From a virus (lineage: Duplodnaviria > Caudoviricetes), in IMG/VR virus record IMGVR_UViG_3300020045_005691, positions 1 to 30,314 of that record: a stretch of 30,314 nucleotides of DNA, one strand, 5' to 3'. Positions within the stretch are counted from its first letter, which is position 1. Each line of letters opens with the position of its first letter. The notes beneath the pieces were generated by a model. It saw nothing but the letters and a program-made list of their open reading frames with translations, did no database searches and had not been told where the DNA came from. Position numbers and translations under genes: made by a program. Shown piece by piece: positions 26,332 through 30,314 of this stretch.

Positions 26332-27042
26332 ATGGGTAATAGAAGAATGTTTAACAAAACAATAGTTAGTTCAGCTAGATTTTTAAAAATGCCGACCGAT
26401 AGCCAGTATTTATATTTTCAACTTGGGATGAATGCCGATGATGATGGAATAGTTGAAGCCTTCACGGTTATGCGTCATATCGGCAGTAATGAAGACAATT
26501 TAAAACTTTTGGCAACAAAAGGGTTTGTCAAAGTTCTCAATGAGGATTTAGTGACTTATATTTTAGACTGGCAAGAGCATAATAAATTGAGAGCGGATAG
26601 AAAAATAGACAGTATTTATAAGGAATTATTAGTTCAAATTTTACCCGAAATTAAACTTTTAGAGGCAAAAAAAAGATCAGATAGAGCGGGACGGACATGG
26701 GACGGGCATGGGACGGAAGAAGATAAGTTAAGTAAAGATAAGTTAAGTAAATTTAATATAATTAAAGACAGTATAATTGATTATCTTAATTCTAAAGCAA
26801 ATAAAAAATTCACTTATAATAATAAGTCTTATAACAGTAATATAAATGCTCGATTACAAGATGGGTTTTCTTTAGAAGATTTTAAAAAGATTATAGACAA
26901 TAAATGTCAAGATAAATTTTTTATTGAAAATGACTATCTTAATCCTGATACGCTATTTAGACCAAAAAATTTTGAAAAATATCTAAACGAACAAAAAAAA
27001 GACGGGATTAAATCCGGCGGCGGTATTGAGGTGGTTTATTAA
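26332..27042 (+). CDS. Replication initiator / replisome organiser
   Basis: RRMF..IVSSARFLKMP..LYFQLGMNADDDG N-terminus; IIDYLN..ARLQDGF..YLNPDTLF..FEKYLNE C-terminus. Confidence 0.9.
   Translation: MGNRRMFNKTIVSSARFLKMPTDSQYLYFQLGMNADDDGIVEAFTVMRHIGSNEDNLKLLATKGFVKVLNEDLVTYILDWQEHNKLRADRKIDSIYKELLVQILPEIKLLEAKKRSDRAGRTWDGHGTEEDKLSKDKLSKFNIIKDSIIDYLNSKANKKFTYNNKSYNSNINARLQDGFSLEDFKKIIDNKCQDKFFIENDYLNPDTLFRPKNFEKYLNEQKKDGIKSGGGIEVVY
26688..26750. repeat. Iteron-like repeats (putative replication origin)
   Basis: gggacgg(a/g)cat about 2.7 times (11-bp period), then aagataagttaagta twice, followed by AT-rich DNA. Confidence 0.65.
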
Positions 27043-27653
27043 TGTTTGAAGAAATAACAAATACACTTAAGCAAATTAAAATTGACGACTCTAAAATAAT
27101 AGAATATGAAAAGCAAAATCAATTACAATTACAACAAGAGCGATTATATATTCTCCAAAAAACAACTCCTGTTGAATTCCAGGACGCGGATATAAAAAAG
27201 ATTGACAGTAGGATAATTGAGTTTTTAAAAAGCAATAAAATATTTTGTTGGATATCCGGAGTCAAAGGGGCTGGCAAATCATGGTCTTTATATGCGCTTC
27301 GAAACTCAAAAATAATGCAGGGTCAGAAATTCGAAATTAAAATGGAACATGAAATATTTTGGGATTCTGAAAAGAACAATATGAATTGTGATTATAGATA
27401 TATTAATGCTATTGATAATATTGAGATTGAAAACTCACAGCCAAAAAGTTTGATTAAGTTTTATTTTTCGATTATTGATTGGTGTTGGAAAAATCATAAG
27501 AAACTTTTTTTCACGGCGAGTGTAGATTGTAAGAAGTGGTTGGATATGGTGGGTAGAATTAACGTAGACCATGCGGAATCAATAGCAAGTAGATTTTCTA
27601 AGAATATTGAATTTATAGAGCTTCAAAATATAGATAGGAGAAAAAATAAATAA
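27042..27653 (+). CDS. DnaC-like helicase loader (P-loop ATPase)
   Basis: Walker A GVKGAGKS, AIDNI, IASRF, IDRR; follows the initiator. Confidence 0.75.
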   Translation: MFEEITNTLKQIKIDDSKIIEYEKQNQLQLQQERLYILQKTTPVEFQDADIKKIDSRIIEFLKSNKIFCWISGVKGAGKSWSLYALRNSKIMQGQKFEIKMEHEIFWDSEKNNMNCDYRYINAIDNIEIENSQPKSLIKFYFSIIDWCWKNHKKLFFTASVDCKKWLDMVGRINVDHAESIASRFSKNIEFIELQNIDRRKNK

Positions 27654-27742
27654 TGAAAGTTATTGAGCTATTTGCAGGGATTGGTAGCCAAACACAAGCG
27701 CTGAAAAACATTGGTGTTGAACATGAAGGTAGTATAAAATGA
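27653..27742 (+). pseudogene. Truncated 5' fragment (29 aa) of a C5-cytosine methyltransferase gene
   Basis: MKVIELFAGIGSQTQALKNIGVEHEGSIK* contains motif I; stop overlaps the HNH ATG. Confidence 0.85.
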
Positions 27743-28251
27743 AATATAAAAGAAAAGAAATAGATTTAAATAATAACAATTTTGAAAAATATATTAGTGA
27801 AAATAAATCATGTAGAGATATTGCTATTACATATAATGTTTCATCTGCAACGATATGTCGGAGAGCAAAAGAGTTAAATATAAAATTAAAAAGGAAAAAC
27901 TACAAATTGGGAAAAAAACATCATTTATGGCAAGGCGGTATTCATAAAAGCAAACGAGGGTATGTTTTTCTAAAAATAGATCATCCAAATTCTAATATAA
28001 ATGGGTATGTTCAAGAACATGTATATATTATGTCTAATAAATTAGGAAGAAAAATAGAAAAGAATGAAATAATTCATCATATAAATGGGGATAAGTCTGA
28101 CAATAGATTAGAAAATTTAATTTTATTAAACAATATTCAACATTGTTCCGCTCATCAAAGTTTAACGACAAATTGTCTAGAAACTCTAATGTTAAAAAAT
28201 ATTATAGTTTTTAATAAAAACACTTTAAAATATGAGGTCAATTTATGTTAA
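27739..28251 (+). CDS. HNH homing endonuclease with N-terminal HTH
   Basis: GYVQEH..LGR...IHHINGDKSDNRLENL. Confidence 0.92.
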   Translation: MKYKRKEIDLNNNNFEKYISENKSCRDIAITYNVSSATICRRAKELNIKLKRKNYKLGKKHHLWQGGIHKSKRGYVFLKIDHPNSNINGYVQEHVYIMSNKLGRKIEKNEIIHHINGDKSDNRLENLILLNNIQHCSAHQSLTTNCLETLMLKNIIVFNKNTLKYEVNLC

Positions 28252-29270
28252 AACTTATTACTCTTTTTAGCGGCATAGGATCACAAGAACAGGCATTAAA
28301 AAATATTGGAGTAAAATATGATTTATTGGGATTTTCAGAAATAGACAAATGGGCAATCAAAGTATATTGTCAGCTCCACAATGAAAAAGAATCAAATAAT
28401 TTTGGAGATATAACTAAAATTGAAAATTTGCCATATTGTGATTTATTGACTTATAGTTTCCCTTGTCAAGATTTATCAATTGCCGGTAAACAATCGGGGA
28501 TAAAAGAAGGCACTCGGTCAGGACTGCTATTTGAGGTTGAAAGATTATTAAGCAGAATGATTGAAAAACCAAAATATTTATTATTGGAAAATGTAAAAAA
28601 TTTAATAAGTGAAAAATTTTACAATTCATATCAAGACTGGTTAAATAAATTAAGTCGATTTGGATATGTAAATTATTCAATGTTGTTAAATGCTAAAGAT
28701 TACGGAATACCTCAAAATAGAGAACGTGTATTTTGTGTAAGTATTAGAAATGATATTGATAAGTTTTTTTGGACTCCTCAAAAACAAAAATTAGAAGTAT
28801 TTTTATTTAATTTACTAGAAAAAAATATTGATGAAAAATATTTCATAAAAGAAAAAAGAATAAATTGGCTAAATGAAGGCAAAGGATTTTTTGGAAAAAA
28901 TTATATTAATAATTCAAATATTGCAAGATGTATAACTACGTCGTGCGATGAAACGTCATCTAATTATGTTCTACACCAAATAGGATATATTAATTCAAAT
29001 AGACAGGGACAAAGAATATATCAAGATAATATTGCCGCTAATCTTTCTGCAAACGGTGGAGGTATGGGGGCAAATACGGGATTGTATTTTGCGAATAAAA
29101 GAATAAGAAAATTAATTCCGAAAGAATGTTTTAGACTTATGGGGTTTGGGGATGAGTTGTTTAATAGGATTGCTGGAATTTCTGATAGACAATTATATAA
29201 AATGGCTGGAAATTCAATTGTAGTTAATGTTCTTGAATCAATTTTTAAAAATTTATTTTTGGAGATATAA
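28245..29270 (+). CDS. dcm: DNA (cytosine-5) methyltransferase
   Basis: LFSGIG, SFPCQDLS, LLENV, PQNRERVF, AGNSIVV motifs. Confidence 0.95.
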   Translation: MLKLITLFSGIGSQEQALKNIGVKYDLLGFSEIDKWAIKVYCQLHNEKESNNFGDITKIENLPYCDLLTYSFPCQDLSIAGKQSGIKEGTRSGLLFEVERLLSRMIEKPKYLLLENVKNLISEKFYNSYQDWLNKLSRFGYVNYSMLLNAKDYGIPQNRERVFCVSIRNDIDKFFWTPQKQKLEVFLFNLLEKNIDEKYFIKEKRINWLNEGKGFFGKNYINNSNIARCITTSCDETSSNYVLHQIGYINSNRQGQRIYQDNIAANLSANGGGMGANTGLYFANKRIRKLIPKECFRLMGFGDELFNRIAGISDRQLYKMAGNSIVVNVLESIFKNLFLEI

Positions 29271-29468
29271 ATGATAAATATAAATTCTTATAATGATTAC
29301 AGTAAGGACGAATTAATTGATATTATATTAGTTTCTAAATTAGAAAAAGAAAAATTATTAGAAATTATACAACTAAATAATCCTAAGGTGTTTTCTAAAA
29401 TCAAAGAACATGGAATACTGTCTAATAAATATAATAAATCAGAAATGTCATTATATGGGGGTAAATAA
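29271..29468 (+). CDS. Hypothetical protein
   Basis: GGAG RBS; abuts the methyltransferase stop. Confidence 0.55.
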   Translation: MININSYNDYSKDELIDIILVSKLEKEKLLEIIQLNNPKVFSKIKEHGILSNKYNKSEMSLYGGK

Positions 29469-29705
29469 ATGATACAATACTATTTATGCGCTGAATGCGG
29501 AAAGCTATATTATCTAGTTGGTCAAGTCGAAATTCATATTAATAATCACCGACGACTTGCCGGCAAAGACTGGGATAAGCTGCAAAACAGAGAATGCCAA
29601 ACAGAACACTTGCAAGCCATGCATGAAAAAAATCATGGCGGAAAAGCAATTAATGCAAGGACAAAACAAATAAAAGAAAAGCGTATAAAACAGAAATATT
29701 CTTAA
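29469..29705 (+). CDS. Hypothetical protein with CxxC...HxxxH
   Basis: CAECGK...HINNH. Confidence 0.55.
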   Translation: MIQYYLCAECGKLYYLVGQVEIHINNHRRLAGKDWDKLQNRECQTEHLQAMHEKNHGGKAINARTKQIKEKRIKQKYS

Positions 29706-29780
29706 AAGTAAAATATTTGTAATTAATATTTGAGACGCTGTTGTTTTGGTGTATAGTTGTTTTAGATAGGAGAAAAATAA

Positions 29781-30305
29781 ATGAAAGCTTTTAAAATATT
29801 AAATCATGATTATACGTGTAATAATTTTCGATATGAGATAGGTCAATCCTACGAAATGTCGGAAAATGATGTTGAGCTTTGTAAAAAAGGGTTTCATGCG
29901 TGTTTTTTTATGCAAAAATGTTTTGAATATTACGCGCCAAATCAGAGGAATAAATTTGTTGAGGTTGAATTATTTGGTAAAATATTAGGTGAAAAAAATG
30001 ATAAATTTTGCGCGAGTAAAATAAAAATAATAAGGGAATTTGATTTTCAAGAAATGATTGAGATAATAAAAAAACAATCTATTGAAAAAGACGGCAACAA
30101 CCACTCGCACGGCAACAACCACTCGAACGGCAACAACTGCTCGGACGGCAACAACCACTCGAACGGCAACAACTACTCGAACGGCAACAACTACTCGAAC
30201 GGCAACAACTGCTCGGACGGCAACAACCACTCGGACGGCAACAACTACTCGAACGGCAACAACTACTCGAACGGCAACAACTACTCGAACGGCAACAACT
30301 ACTAG
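29781..30305 (+). CDS. Phage protein with DUF7666-like N-terminal domain and GNNxSx hexapeptide repeats
   Basis: FRYEIGQSY..LCKKGFHAC...FVEVE...KFCASKIKIIRE; AGGAG RBS. Confidence 0.8.
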   Translation: MKAFKILNHDYTCNNFRYEIGQSYEMSENDVELCKKGFHACFFMQKCFEYYAPNQRNKFVEVELFGKILGEKNDKFCASKIKIIREFDFQEMIEIIKKQSIEKDGNNHSHGNNHSNGNNCSDGNNHSNGNNYSNGNNYSNGNNCSDGNNHSDGNNYSNGNNYSNGNNYSNGNNY

Positions 30306-30314
30306 GACGGCAAC
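30093..30314 (+). repeat. 18-bp tandem repeat, 12 full units, running off the window end
   Basis: ggc aac aac (cac/tac/tgc) tcg (aac/gac/cac). Confidence 0.97.

Noticed and set aside
93-30230. Minus-strand ORFs in the track (e.g. 93-320, 2394-2771, 3685-4041, 11689-12117, 25324-25566, 29985-30230)
   Set aside because: They are antisense shadows of well-supported + strand genes or of the repeat, with no recognisable motifs.
30093-30314. DGR template/variable repeat or CRISPR array
   Set aside because: The array is AAC-rich, but the AAC AAC codons are invariant, there is no reverse transcriptase or separate TR/VR pair in the window, and there are no unique spacers. It is a tandem coding repeat.

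Overview
AT-rich segment of a tailed dsDNA phage (siphovirus type), with essentially all genes on the + strand. The morphogenesis module runs from the 3' part of a PBSX-type large terminase through an SPP1-type portal, gp7-like minor head protein, scaffold, major capsid, head-tail connectors, major tail protein, a tail chaperone with a -1 frameshift site, tape measure, Dit, baseplate and fibre. It is followed by a lysis region (holin-like proteins, an Amidase_2 endolysin and an overlapping spanin-like gene pair), a cluster of small early ORFs with an atypical tRNA-like element, a KilAC antirepressor, a replication initiator containing origin-like repeats, a DnaC-like loader, an HNH gene between a truncated and a complete C5 DNA methyltransferase gene, and a terminal protein with 18-bp repeats. 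The strongest candidate for a little-described system is virion O-glycosylation: a protein with Maf/sialyltransferase-like motifs (5968-7035) sits inside the head module, and the surrounding exposed virion proteins are strongly Ser/Thr-rich with a recurring 'ST' dipeptide. All family assignments come from motif recognition by eye; no database searches were run.
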